From NCBI RefSeq assembly GCF_041504555.1, contig NZ_CP126499.1: DNA of 40,000 nucleotides. One strand, given 5' to 3'. Positions 25,924 to 37,668 of this stretch are shown here, in pieces; within the stretch, counting starts at the first letter, position 1; every line of letters begins with the position of its first letter. Both the position numbers and the translations under genes were made by a program. Source of the stretch: Fervidobacterium islandicum (GTDB taxonomy: Bacteria; Thermotogota; Thermotogae; Thermotogales; Fervidobacteriaceae). The notes under the pieces are model-generated. The model worked only from the letters and a program-made list of their open reading frames with translations, made no database searches and had not been told where the DNA came from.

Positions 25924-27924
25924 TTACTTCAGATAATTCTCAAACCAACCCACAATTTCCTTCAGCCTTCTCAACCTATGCAGCGGCTTACCACTCCTGC
26001 TCAGGTCGTGGTTTTCTCCTTTGAATATCACTAATTTTGCTTCAACTCCGTGGTATTTGAGCGATGTAAACATCTGGATTGCTTCAACAAGCCAGCAGCG
26101 GTAGTCTTCATCAGAGTGGATGAAAAGTGTTGGTGTTTTAGCTTTGTCTGCGTATTTCATCGGTGAGTGCCACCAGAGTTTTTCAAAGTCACTCCATGGT
26201 GTTGCTAATTGCTGGTCTTCGACAAAGAAGTATCCAATATCCGTCGTTCCGAATTTGCTTATCCAGTTTGAAATGCTTCTTTGGGAAACTGCCGCCTTGA
26301 ATCTATCCGTGTGGCCGATAATCCAATTGGTCATAAAGCCGCCGTACGATCCACCAGTTACTCCTATCCTATTCTCATCAATGAATTCGTATTTTGCTAT
26401 TGCCTCATCCACAAATTGCATGATATCTTCGTAGTCTATTGTGCCGTATTTTCCTCTGATGTCTGCGAATTGATTGCCTCTTCCGTCACTACCACGCGGA
26501 TTGCAGAACATGACAACGTATCCTTCACTTGCAAGTAGCTGCATTTCGTGCATGAAGACTTCTCCATAGGCTGTCTTCGGTCCACCGTGGATTTCTAAGA
26601 TGGCAGGGTATTTCTTCCCAGGTTCGAAGTTGAAAGGTTTCATGACCCAACCTTCGATTGTTGTTGTTTCATCTTTTGTGGTGAATGTAAATCTTTCTGG
26701 TTTGGATATGTATTTCTCCTTTTGCACCCATTCGTTGAACTGGCTGATTTGTTTTTCTTGTTTTCCAACAAGCTCGTAGATTTCTTGAAGTTTCATATTT
26801 CTCAAGCCAACGAAGAACACCTGGCCATTTACAACATCAAAACCATCGACCGAACCAGTTTCGAATGTGAGCTGCTCAATCTTCCCAGAGAGGTCTATTC
26901 TGAAAAGCTGAGCATCGTGCCATTGCGTGCTCACAAAATACAGGTACTTACCATCAATTTTAATAGCTCTGTTCCGACCAAATCTGCAGTCGCTGTTCAC
27001 ACTGTTGCCGATGCTCGCATCAAAATCGGGCGCTATCGGTTCTACCCGATTGCTTGAGATATCGAGTATGTAGAATTGCGGATTTTCGTTTATTCCATAT
27101 CTTCGCATGTCACTTCCAGCGAAGATTACCTTCCCATCCACAAACTCAGCAAGTTCGTACATGAAGTGGTCGTGGTGAGTCAATTTAATCGATTCATCTT
27201 TTTGCGCATCGTAAAGGTACAAATCATTGGGCATTTTCATGACGTCTTTGAAGGTGTTGGAAACATACAGGACAGTATTTCCATCGGGGCTGTCAGAGAT
27301 GTACTCTACGTTGGAATATTCGTCGGTGATGGGGCTGATTTGTTGGGTTTGAATATTGTATTTGAAAAGTCTCAATCGTTTCTTGTTCGTAAACCCAGAA
27401 CCGTTTGCCCAGAAAGGTATTTCATCAACGACTTCGTAGTCTTTTTCTTCTTTCAAAGATTTGAGTAGCTTTTCTTTCTCTTCATCGCTCAATTTCCAAA
27501 ACTCACCAAGTCTGTGGTCGTACACTGCTGTGAATAGAAAGACCTCATCGTTCAATTTCTTTAAGCGCTCGACAAAGAACGGCAGTTCGAAAGTGCGCTT
27601 TGCTTCCCCACCTTCAACGGTTATTTCGTAAAACGGTGTTACTGGCTCACCGTTTTCTTTCCTCTTTCTGTCTTTTTCCTCTCTCCATGAGACAAAGAGA
27701 ATCCTTGAGCTATCCAACCAAATTGGTGAGCTGTCTTTGTTTGAAGATGTGAGCTGCGAGAGTGTACCTTTCTGAATATCGTAAATCCAGATGTTAGAGG
27801 TATAACCATTCTCATCTTTGTTCATATCATGAACAACAAAAGCAAGCTTTTCACCATCAGGAGAAAGTGTTAATCCAGAAATAAACTTGAATTTCAACAA
27901 ATCATCGAATGTTATTTTTTCCAC
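25924..27924 (-). CDS. S9 family serine peptidase (prolyl oligopeptidase / acylaminoacyl-peptidase type)
   Basis: N-terminal beta-propeller-like region. GGSYGGFM nucleophile elbow. C-terminal DEDYRC and GENHDL. Start probably the GVG-region GTG (VEKITF) after GGGGGTGG. Confidence 0.85.
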   Translation of the reverse strand: MEKITFDDLLKFKFISGLTLSPDGEKLAFVVHDMNKDENGYTSNIWIYDIQKGTLSQLTSSNKDSSPIWLDSSRILFVSWREEKDRKRKENGEPVTPFYEITVEGGEAKRTFELPFFVERLKKLNDEVFLFTAVYDHRLGEFWKLSDEEKEKLLKSLKEEKDYEVVDEIPFWANGSGFTNKKRLRLFKYNIQTQQISPITDEYSNVEYISDSPDGNTVLYVSNTFKDVMKMPNDLYLYDAQKDESIKLTHHDHFMYELAEFVDGKVIFAGSDMRRYGINENPQFYILDISSNRVEPIAPDFDASIGNSVNSDCRFGRNRAIKIDGKYLYFVSTQWHDAQLFRIDLSGKIEQLTFETGSVDGFDVVNGQVFFVGLRNMKLQEIYELVGKQEKQISQFNEWVQKEKYISKPERFTFTTKDETTTIEGWVMKPFNFEPGKKYPAILEIHGGPKTAYGEVFMHEMQLLASEGYVVMFCNPRGSDGRGNQFADIRGKYGTIDYEDIMQFVDEAIAKYEFIDENRIGVTGGSYGGFMTNWIIGHTDRFKAAVSQRSISNWISKFGTTDIGYFFVEDQQLATPWSDFEKLWWHSPMKYADKAKTPTLFIHSDEDYRCWLVEAIQMFTSLKYHGVEAKLVIFKGENHDLSRSGKPLHRLRRLKEIVGWFENYLK

Positions 27925-28072
27925 AAAAGCCACCCCCAATTAGTTCGTTGTTCGTACTATTATACCATATTTTCTCCCAAGAACAAAAAATGCTCAGAGT
28001 ACATCTTATTGATTCACATATCGCTCTTTAAGCGTTCGCACATTCTTGAAAACAAACTGACGGACTGTTAAG

Positions 28073-28105
28073 AAAAAAAGGACGGTTGAAAGCACCGTCC
28101 TTTTT
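28073..28105 (-). terminator. Intrinsic terminator after the HD-GYP gene (bidirectional shape)
   Basis: AGGACGGT-TGAAAGC-ACCGTCCT hairpin flanked by A7 and T5 runs. Confidence 0.6.
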
Positions 28106-28184
28106 GAGCGTTTTCCAAAAATTTTGCACAAGAATGTGGCGCAAGTTTTTTGGATATGAGACGTTTCAAATGCGCAGAATTTTT

Positions 28185-29924
<1,740 letters not shown>

Positions 29925-30073
29925 ATTCTTACCTCCATCGGATTGTGTTACCTACGAAATATCCGTATCTTACTTAACTCAAAGCGTACTGCTCATTCTT
30001 AAAAAGTAAGGCAAAAAAGATTTTTTTAATTATACCACAAGATAGTGCAGAAAAATATTTATGTTTATTTAAC

Positions 30074-30976
30074 ATACGTTGAGTGAGAAATTCAAGAACA
30101 CACGAAATCCAATAAATTTCTGAAATAGCTATATCCAATCGCATAAGCATAAAGGTACACAAGCAACGTTATCCCCAACCTCCAGCCACTTATCTTGTTG
30201 AATTTCTTCACTATCGAATTCACACTTTCCACCGGTTGCCTTTTGCTTTTCTCTTCTTTTCTCTCACATACGTCCACTACCAAGCTTCCTCTGTATCGTT
30301 CGTCCCCTATCACCTGTTTGCTTTCTATCGCTTTCTTCAAGCATCCACTTTTCTTTATCCTTTCTCTCAACGATGTTAATTCATGCTTGCTTCCTGGATG
30401 ATACCATATGTCGTATACTACACCTTCTTTATCGCTCAACACCATCACTAAAACTTTGCAGCTTTTCAAATTCAATCTGTTTTTGATAGTGCACACTGTA
30501 TACTTTCCTTCTTACCCAGAAACTTTTGCCTGACAGCCTTCTTATCTTGTGTACTTTCTATTTGTACTTGCCACTGGTATTATTGTTCCATCAACTATCA
30601 GCCAATTTACTTTCCCTAATCTATCTTGTGCTTTATACCTCAGCTACTGCTGCAGTAACTTGTGTTCTCTTTGTGTTCGTTCTTTTCGAAAGATGTTTTA
30701 TGATTTCACCTAATAGCCTTGCTACTTTGAATACTGGTGATGAGATAACGTATGAAAGCACATACAACGTAGCAATCTGGGCATCTGTTAGTTTGGGTTT
30801 TCTACCAGCACGGTTTTGCTTTTTCAAAACCTTCCTCTCAAACAGTTGGAATTCGTGAAAGATTGTGTGGTATAATTTTTCTAAGTACCTCCCTTGGGGT
30901 GATTTTTCGGTTCAGATATATTTTACTTTTCCCAAGGGAGGTTTTTACTACCTTTCTAATTTCTCACTCAACGTAT
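30074..30976 (-). mobile_element. Decayed small IS (about 0.9 kb) with 19-bp perfect terminal inverted repeats
   Basis: ATACGTTGAGTGAGAAATT at 30074-30092 and its exact reverse complement at 30958-30976. Between them lie two transposase-like ORF fragments. Confidence 0.65.
30092..30827 (-). pseudogene. DDE transposase gene broken into two ORFs (64 aa N-terminal, 134 aa C-terminal)
   Basis: N-terminal fragment RKPKLTDAQIATLYVLSY (HTH-like). C-terminal fragment has GDERYRG (DDE-transposase GDKGY-like). A frame break lies between 30497 and 30632. Family not assigned. Confidence 0.5.
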
Positions 30977-31069
30977 TTGTTACTGAGTATTATATAATAT
31001 AACTTTAAAGAAATGCAATAAGAAAAGTTCGTAAAACAAACTTTTAGTAGTTCCAATCTTACCTTTAAA

Positions 31070-31099
31070 CAAAAAAGCCCATCCTGTGTCGGATGGGCT
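31070..31099 (-). terminator. Intrinsic terminator after the M15 peptidase gene
   Basis: AGCCCATCC-TGTGTC-GGATGGGCT followed on the minus strand by T6-7. Confidence 0.7.
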
Positions 31100-31105
31100 A
31101 TATTT

Positions 31106-31543
31106 TTATTTCACATATCTTTTCCAATTTCTCATCTGTAAATGCGGATAATCCGGGAAATCCTTCCAACTTCCGCCCCACTCTATGCCTAAGCTCTGAG
31201 CTATTTTGCCACATTTGTTCCATAGCTGGTAATCATTCCAAACCGCTTTTCCATCGGTCAGTGGTACGAAATCGGCAGCTAAGCCGTGGCAGTGTGGGGA
31301 GTCTTTGAGCATCGTTACAACCTTGTTTTCGATTTCCTTAATCGGTCTTAATCCTGCCTTTCTTCTTGCTTGGTTCACCACTTCAAGAGGTGCCCTGCCT
31401 TGCAGATAGAGAGCGTACTGTTCTTCTTTGCTTCGGTACGTGTTGTAAATCAATACTTCTATATTTTCCATTCTGCACTTTTCAACAAACCGTTCGACAA
31501 GAATTCTAAATTCTGGCTTTAACTTTTGCAAACTCCTGTCCAT
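31106..31543 (-). CDS. Peptidase M15 (VanY / D-Ala-D-Ala carboxypeptidase-like cell-wall hydrolase)
   Basis: SPHCHGLAADF metal-binding motif and C-terminal DYPHLQ. Start at MDRSLQ after GGGTGA. Confidence 0.7.
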   Translation of the reverse strand: MDRSLQKLKPEFRILVERFVEKCRMENIEVLIYNTYRSKEEQYALYLQGRAPLEVVNQARRKAGLRPIKEIENKVVTMLKDSPHCHGLAADFVPLTDGKAVWNDYQLWNKCGKIAQSLGIEWGGSWKDFPDYPHLQMRNWKRYVK

Positions 31544-31581
31544 GGTTTCACCCAAGAAGATGTATCTACCAATGCAAAAAG

Positions 31582-31615
31582 AAAAAGCCCGTCCACGTTC
31601 GGTATGGGACGGGCT
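31582..31615 (-). terminator. Intrinsic terminator after reverse gyrase
   Basis: GCCCGTCC...GGACGGGC stem (31587-31614) with T-runs on both strands. Confidence 0.7.
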
Positions 31616-31632
31616 TTTTGCTTTTTTGCGTA

Positions 31633-34600
31633 CTAAATTTTCTCCAGCTCTGCTTTTAAACTTCTCAGTATTTCTTGGTAGTTTGCTTGTGCAGTTTCTA
31701 CTTTGTCCATAAGCTTTTCCAATTCGCGCGTGAAGTTTTCGCTGACGAATTTGAATTTTTCTTTGTCTGAATTGAAGAACTGGTAGACCCTTTCTCCCAG
31801 TGGGGTTGGGAGCAAGAAACCATTTCTTTCTATCACATATCCTCGTTCAAGCAACCTACTCACGATTGTTGCGTACGTGGAAGGCCTGCCAAGTCCACGC
31901 TTTTTCATTTCTTCAACGAGCGAACCTTGTGTGAATGGATAGACCTTTGGAACCGCTCGAATGAATTTGTTGTTAGAAACGTCGATGCTTCCTTCCGGAA
32001 CCTTCACAAGTTTTATCGGGAAGACTTTATTGAATCCTTCTTCTACAATATCTTCGTATACTTCCATCTCTTGCGTCTTGTTGACTACTTTGAATGTAAC
32101 GTCGTAACCTTTTAGGATAACGTTCTTCATTTGAGAAGCGATGAAACGCTTGAATATGAGGTCGTAGATAGCAATGTGGTCTTTTGTGAATCCTTCAAGT
32201 TCGCCAGAATAAATCATGGATTTGATATCTTCAATATCCAAGGCTCTTGTTGGCCTGATACATTCGTGTGCGCCACCTTCGCCCCAAGTTCTTGGCTTGA
32301 AGAATGTTTCACCGAAGTTTTCTGAAATGTACTCTCGTGCGACGTTGATACCAAAGTCGGAAACGCGTGTTGAATCTGTTCTGTGGTATGTTATAAATCC
32401 GCGTTCAAAGAGGTCTTGTAGCACTTCCATCGTTCTGGAGACCGAGAGTCTGTATTTTTCCGATGCATCTTTCAAAATCACGTCTGTTGTGTAGGGAGGT
32501 AGAGGTGCTTTATCAATTGTTTTTTCTTCACCTTTTATTACTTCAGCTGTTTTTATTTCTTTATAAAACCTTTCAGTTTCTTCTTTGTTTTCGAATTCAA
32601 ATTTCAACTCTAATCCGTCTTTTGAAATTGTCACGAGATATTTTTTCTGCTGACTTTCTTTTGCTCGTTCTATCACCCATCCAAGGACAGGAGTCTGAAC
32701 CCTTCCAGCTGACAGGTTGCTGCGTCCAAATGTTTTTTGGAGCAGTTGGGATAGTTCAAATCCGACCCACCTGTCCGATATTCGCCTGACAACCTGCGCT
32801 TTTACGAGGTCTTCATCGACGTCCCTATGCTCCCGCAGTGCGTTCAAAATCGCACGTTTTGTAACTTCATGAAATTCCATACGCTTTATATTCATCGCAT
32901 ACACACTGCACAAGTTTTTCAAATCCCACGAGATCTTTTCACCTTCGGTATCAGGGTCAGTTGCGATGAGTATCTGCTCAAATTCTTTGCTTGCCTCTCT
33001 GATTGCATCAACGATGTTTTCTTTCCCTTCGATGGTTTCGTATATAGGGACGTATTTAACACGGCCGTTGGATGCATTTTCTAATACTCCGAAATAACCT
33101 TCCTCTTTGTTTAGGTCGAATACATGCCCGAAGGACGCGGTGATGACAACGTATTTGTCTTCGGTTATCACTTCGTATAGTTCATGCCCTTCGAGGCTTC
33201 TGGAAATTGGCTTTCCAAAGAAGTTCGCAATGGTTCTTGCTTTGTGCGGTGATTCAACGATAACAAGCACAGGCTTCAAGAAGTCGTCTCGTCTGCCTTC
33301 TTTCTTCCTCACACGTTCTCTATCGCTGTTGATTTGTTCGATGATACTTTCCAAATCAACGCTTTGTGCATCTTTGAACACGACATCCGAGCTGAACCAC
33401 CAGCGCAGTTTTCTGATGAGGTTGTTGAAGACTTTCTTGTCGTCCACAAGTAAGTAGCTCAAACCCTTCGAGATACCACCAACGAAGAGTCTTGAAGTAC
33501 GGCCTGAGGCTTGGAGATAACCGGTGACGTCAGCCACCACCAGATACCACTTGCCATCCTCTTGCCTAAGTGAAATATCGTCAGCGGATTTTATCTTTGA
33601 AGCAACCTTTTCTGAAAGGATGAAATTCTTAATCTCTTCTCTCAGTTTCTCAACACGTTCTTTTGGCGGATTTGCAATATTCCCAAGTTTACTGAGCTCT
33701 TTCATCCACCTATCTACCGTTGGTGTCCAGTTTTCCAATTCTCTATCCCTTGCTATAAGAGGTCTTAGTGTGGAAAGAGCAAGGAGGATGTGCTTTACAT
33801 TTCCTTCCAAGTCCAAGCTCACTACGATTTTCGGAACGCCGTAGAATACGGCGTACCGAATTATTTCTGGAAGGTCCAAACCTCGTGCTAATGGGTTTCT
33901 GTAAGAAGAGATGCCTATCAGCACTTGTATTTCTTTATTTTTGTACTTCTCCAATATTTCTTCCGAGAAATTTTCATAGCTTTCGCTTGTGATTCCAAAT
34001 CTTTGGAAAAGTGCTTTTAATTCGTCAACTTTTTCTTTTCCGTAGTCCGAAGAAACAAAAACAAGCCCACCATCACCGAATTGCTTTATCTTTTCAACGA
34101 GTACGCTTTCCAATTTGGCTTGGTCTGGACCGACATGCTCGTAGATATCCTCTACGTTTCTTAAATAAAACACTGGCCTACCTACGTCGAATGCAAGAAG
34201 TTCTTTGAAGAGTTTTATCCTTTCTGATTTTGGATTGCTCGTAGCTGATGACACAACCATTACACCTTTCGCTTTCTTTGAAATTCTTCTCACTTGCTCT
34301 CTTAATGAGTTAATCTCTTCAGTATTTTCTTCTGTGATATTTCTTCTCATTCTAATGTATTTCATCGCCAATTCAATATCCCTTGGCTCAAAGCCAAGCA
34401 AATACAACGCTTTGTCTATGTTCTTCGCTGTCTTCAAAAATGAATCCACATCGTCGACGAAAATGAAGCTGAAATCTCTGGGGATAAGGTCGACATTTTT
34501 GTAAAGGAACATGGACGTAGTGACAAGGACTTTGAATTGGCCATTTGCAAGTCTTTCTTTATTCTGGTCCTTTTCTTTCTTCGACTCTTCTATTCCAATA

Positions 34601-35073
34601 ACGAGCAAGTCTTTATCTGGAACTTTGCCTTTTAGTTTTTCATAGCTTTGCAAAAGCAAAAGCCTTGTAGGAAGGACGATGTACGATTTTTTGTTGTGCT
34701 TTGCAAAGTATATTGCGGAGGCAAAACCCCAGGATGTCTTACCAATGCCGGTTGGTGCAAGAAGTGCAAATGACCTTTTCAAAAGCAATTTTTTCGCCCA
34801 GAATTTTTGCAATTCCCATGGCTCAAATCCTACGTATTTTTTGAATGTCTCTTCCCATTCGGTGTACTCTTGGTTTAGGTTGCAGAACTCTTTCAACCCT
34901 TCCAGATTACTTAAACGGCAAAGGGCTCCCTTGCCATCTATTTCTTCGCTTAAACACTTTTCGCAAGGAAGCCCTTTAATTAACCTTATTGAAGATATGT
35001 CACCACTGCAGTTCGGACAGAGGTTTTTGAATACAGCTTCTAATGTCGCATTCATTGACTGATTGTCCGCCAT
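31633..35073 (-). CDS. rgy: Reverse gyrase (helicase-like domain fused to type IA topoisomerase)
   Basis: N-terminal zinc finger CPNCSG...CEKC. Walker A APTGIGKTS. DEAD-like FVDDVD. Toprim VESPHKA...DPDTEGE. Topo IA ITYHRTDS catalytic Tyr region. Start at MADNQS (ATG 35073) after GAAGGTG. Confidence 0.9.
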   Translation of the reverse strand: MADNQSMNATLEAVFKNLCPNCSGDISSIRLIKGLPCEKCLSEEIDGKGALCRLSNLEGLKEFCNLNQEYTEWEETFKKYVGFEPWELQKFWAKKLLLKRSFALLAPTGIGKTSWGFASAIYFAKHNKKSYIVLPTRLLLLQSYEKLKGKVPDKDLLVIGIEESKKEKDQNKERLANGQFKVLVTTSMFLYKNVDLIPRDFSFIFVDDVDSFLKTAKNIDKALYLLGFEPRDIELAMKYIRMRRNITEENTEEINSLREQVRRISKKAKGVMVVSSATSNPKSERIKLFKELLAFDVGRPVFYLRNVEDIYEHVGPDQAKLESVLVEKIKQFGDGGLVFVSSDYGKEKVDELKALFQRFGITSESYENFSEEILEKYKNKEIQVLIGISSYRNPLARGLDLPEIIRYAVFYGVPKIVVSLDLEGNVKHILLALSTLRPLIARDRELENWTPTVDRWMKELSKLGNIANPPKERVEKLREEIKNFILSEKVASKIKSADDISLRQEDGKWYLVVADVTGYLQASGRTSRLFVGGISKGLSYLLVDDKKVFNNLIRKLRWWFSSDVVFKDAQSVDLESIIEQINSDRERVRKKEGRRDDFLKPVLVIVESPHKARTIANFFGKPISRSLEGHELYEVITEDKYVVITASFGHVFDLNKEEGYFGVLENASNGRVKYVPIYETIEGKENIVDAIREASKEFEQILIATDPDTEGEKISWDLKNLCSVYAMNIKRMEFHEVTKRAILNALREHRDVDEDLVKAQVVRRISDRWVGFELSQLLQKTFGRSNLSAGRVQTPVLGWVIERAKESQQKKYLVTISKDGLELKFEFENKEETERFYKEIKTAEVIKGEEKTIDKAPLPPYTTDVILKDASEKYRLSVSRTMEVLQDLFERGFITYHRTDSTRVSDFGINVAREYISENFGETFFKPRTWGEGGAHECIRPTRALDIEDIKSMIYSGELEGFTKDHIAIYDLIFKRFIASQMKNVILKGYDVTFKVVNKTQEMEVYEDIVEEGFNKVFPIKLVKVPEGSIDVSNNKFIRAVPKVYPFTQGSLVEEMKKRGLGRPSTYATIVSRLLERGYVIERNGFLLPTPLGERVYQFFNSDKEKFKFVSENFTRELEKLMDKVETAQANYQEILRSLKAELEKI

Positions 35074-35083
35074 TTTCACACCT

Positions 35084-36112
35084 TCACTCCCCAAGCGACA
35101 AACCTATGTTGTGTGCACCGAGCAGTGGTGTTATCGAAGCGATAATCACCTGACCAGAGAGGTTCGATATGAACTTCTCAAGAAGATGAGTATCAAGCAC
35201 GTTGAATGGTTCGTCAAACAAGAAGACAGGTTCGTAGTGCTTTGTCTCTTCAATCAGTTTCTTGAACGCAAGCACTATTGAGAGGTAAAGCAAACGTTTC
35301 TGACCTTCGGAAGCATAGTGTCTTGCAAGAAGCTCTTTGTAGTACAGTAAATAATCATCCTGAGAATGCGGACCTATTGTTGTTACCTGCTCGGCTATGT
35401 CTTGGTCAATGTAATCCAAGAAATTCTTTCCTTTGAAATCACTTTTGTATTCTATCCTAAAGATTTTGTCCAAGTATTCTGAAAGTTCTTGAACCATCTG
35501 TTCTCTTTTTTCCACAATCTTGTCAGCCATAATCTGCAGATCTTTAGCTGTTTCAATCAAGTATTCTCTGTTAATCATCGAAGGATCTTGTTTTAGATAT
35601 TCATTCCTTTCATCCAAAAGTTTTTCATATGCACGAAGAGTTTCGTAATAGTCCAGGTCAAGCAAAGAGAATATCTCGTCAAAGAATTCCCTTCTCTGAG
35701 CAGGACCGCCATCTACCATGGAGTAATCCCTGAAACTGAACGGGATAGCGATAAAGACTTCCTGAATATCCCTGAATCTTTTGACCTTCGAACCATCGAG
35801 GTAAGCAACCTTTTCCTTCTTGTCATCTTCTTGCACGTAGACGATCTCTATCGTGTGCTTTTCATCACCGCTGACTATCCTACCTTTAATCTCGAAGTGC
35901 TTCTCTCCCATCTTCAAAATTTGGTAATCTCTCGCGCCTCTGAAAGAGCGGGGGTTGGACAAATACGCAACGGCCTCCAAAACGGAGGTCTTACCTGAAC
36001 CGTTAGGACCATAGATAACGTTTATCCCGTCACTGAATTGAACAGTATGCTCCGAAAAGTTCCTGAAGTTTTTCACCGTGAGTTCTTTGATAACCATCTT
36101 TTTCTTTTCCAT
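35084..36112 (-). CDS. recF: DNA replication/repair protein RecF
   Basis: LTVKNFRNF, Walker A GPNGSGKTS, signature SEGQKRLL, Walker B FLFDEP. Start at MEKKKM after GGGGGTGA. Confidence 0.85.
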   Translation of the reverse strand: MEKKKMVIKELTVKNFRNFSEHTVQFSDGINVIYGPNGSGKTSVLEAVAYLSNPRSFRGARDYQILKMGEKHFEIKGRIVSGDEKHTIEIVYVQEDDKKEKVAYLDGSKVKRFRDIQEVFIAIPFSFRDYSMVDGGPAQRREFFDEIFSLLDLDYYETLRAYEKLLDERNEYLKQDPSMINREYLIETAKDLQIMADKIVEKREQMVQELSEYLDKIFRIEYKSDFKGKNFLDYIDQDIAEQVTTIGPHSQDDYLLYYKELLARHYASEGQKRLLYLSIVLAFKKLIEETKHYEPVFLFDEPFNVLDTHLLEKFISNLSGQVIIASITPLLGAHNIGLSLGE

Positions 36113-36446
36113 CCCTGTCACCCCCATACTCGAAAGTTTATCCGCTTATTCATTCCGAAACATATTTTAGCATTTTTATTCAAAAATTCAAAATGCGCAC
36201 GAAATCTTGAGTTCTAAGTCTCTCATAAATCCGTGCGCTCCAAACACTTAACTTTCAGACTCGAATGATTTTTGAGCAATCTGAAATATTTCTACACCAA
36301 GATTTTGAAGGTATATTACCAAAAACTTAACCAAAGTGTTGAATCCCAATAGCTTAGGATAAAGAGGAAAGATTAGAAAGGCTGGACTCCAAACTTTACA
36401 GTACGTTAGCAAGACTATTCACATGGCTCTTCAAACGTTTAAAAAT

Positions 36447-36466
36447 ACCGGGCATCTCTGCCCGGT
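36447..36466 (-). terminator. Intrinsic terminator after the 350-aa secreted protein gene
   Basis: ACCGGGCA-TCTC-TGCCCGGT hairpin directly after the stop, followed by ATTTTT on the minus strand. Confidence 0.6.
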
Positions 36467-36474
36467 GCTGTTTT

Positions 36475-37527
36475 TTATCTAGCAATTCTGCCTTGTTGAT
36501 AGCCCATGCTCGTTCTGAATATGTATTGTAACAAGAGTCCATTTTGTGCATATTCATATGATGCGATTTTTACTCCTTGAATATACACTCCCGTCTGTAT
36601 TCCGCCCATCTGTCCTTGACCTTCAACCATCCATCTAAGCCCTATTTCAGGTATGCTTAGTATTTCGCCTTTCAGTAACTGCGGATTTATGTAGTTTGGT
36701 CCTATTAAGTCCGTTCCCAATACCTTAGACCGAGAGCTTGTGTAGTTTGTGATAGCAGCGCTGTCGAATGAGTAGATTCCATCGGAGACTTGTTTGTCGA
36801 AATTTATATTGACCTGAAAGTAGGTCATTATCATCCCCGTCATTCCTTCGATTATCGCGCCTTGGTAAGTGTAATTATTTCTGAGAATTTCTTGCGAAAG
36901 TCGGGAAATTGGGAATTGGACATTCGTTATTTTTATCAAATCCAATTGTCCAACTGATGAGCTTGTACCGGAAGTGTTTTCAAGAAAACCACTTGAAACC
37001 AATACTCCTTCTTTGCTGAGAGTATAGTTGTATCTGGTAAATCCGTAATAATCTCCGCTTGCGTAGGCAAAGTAAAAACCACCGTCTGGTAAGTATCCTC
37101 CTTGGACTTCGACACCCACAGGTGAAACACGTGCGATTTGTGAGAGAAATTCAGCGAGCGATTCTAATTCAGCAAACTGGATTTGTGCAATCTGTGAACT
37201 GAAATCGATGTTCCCTCGAAGGTCAAATGTGATACGCCATTGCAAACCAGCAACAAATCCGCTATTTTTATCAATACCTACCACTATTTTTACGTTATAT
37301 CCTTGCGTGCTGTATGCATCTACCCCTTTTGTACCTGTTCCTACCTGCTCTTGATATACGAAAACCGTTCCCACTTTAACCCAGTCGGGCGGTTTTGGAA
37401 ATCTACCGTAGGCTTTGTAGTATTCTTGGATATAGAGTGGTAGTGGTTCAACGCTCTGAGCAAGCAAGCTTACTGCGACAAATAGGAAAATCAAAAGTAC
37501 CGATATTTTTGCGACCTTCCCTACCAT
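36475..37527 (-). CDS. Hypothetical secreted protein
   Basis: Start at MVGKVAKISVLLIFLFVAVSLLAQS (signal-peptide-like) after GGAGGTGG. No recognisable family. Confidence 0.6.
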   Translation of the reverse strand: MVGKVAKISVLLIFLFVAVSLLAQSVEPLPLYIQEYYKAYGRFPKPPDWVKVGTVFVYQEQVGTGTKGVDAYSTQGYNVKIVVGIDKNSGFVAGLQWRITFDLRGNIDFSSQIAQIQFAELESLAEFLSQIARVSPVGVEVQGGYLPDGGFYFAYASGDYYGFTRYNYTLSKEGVLVSSGFLENTSGTSSSVGQLDLIKITNVQFPISRLSQEILRNNYTYQGAIIEGMTGMIMTYFQVNINFDKQVSDGIYSFDSAAITNYTSSRSKVLGTDLIGPNYINPQLLKGEILSIPEIGLRWMVEGQGQMGGIQTGVYIQGVKIASYEYAQNGLLLQYIFRTSMGYQQGRIAR

Positions 37528-37608
37528 GCTCTCCACCTCCACGTACTTCAAAGTGGCTCTTCTAATCATTTAGACCAAATTTTTCTGCGAACCGTTCTTT
37601 GGGAACAT

Positions 37609-37645
37609 GAAAAAGATAAAAGCCAGTGGCTTTTGACCACTGGCT
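37609..37645 (-). terminator. Intrinsic terminator after dnaK
   Basis: AGCCAGTGG-CTTTTGA-CCACTGGCT followed on the minus strand by TTTATCTTTTT. Confidence 0.7.
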
Positions 37646-37668
37646 CTGGAAAATGTTCAATTATTGAA

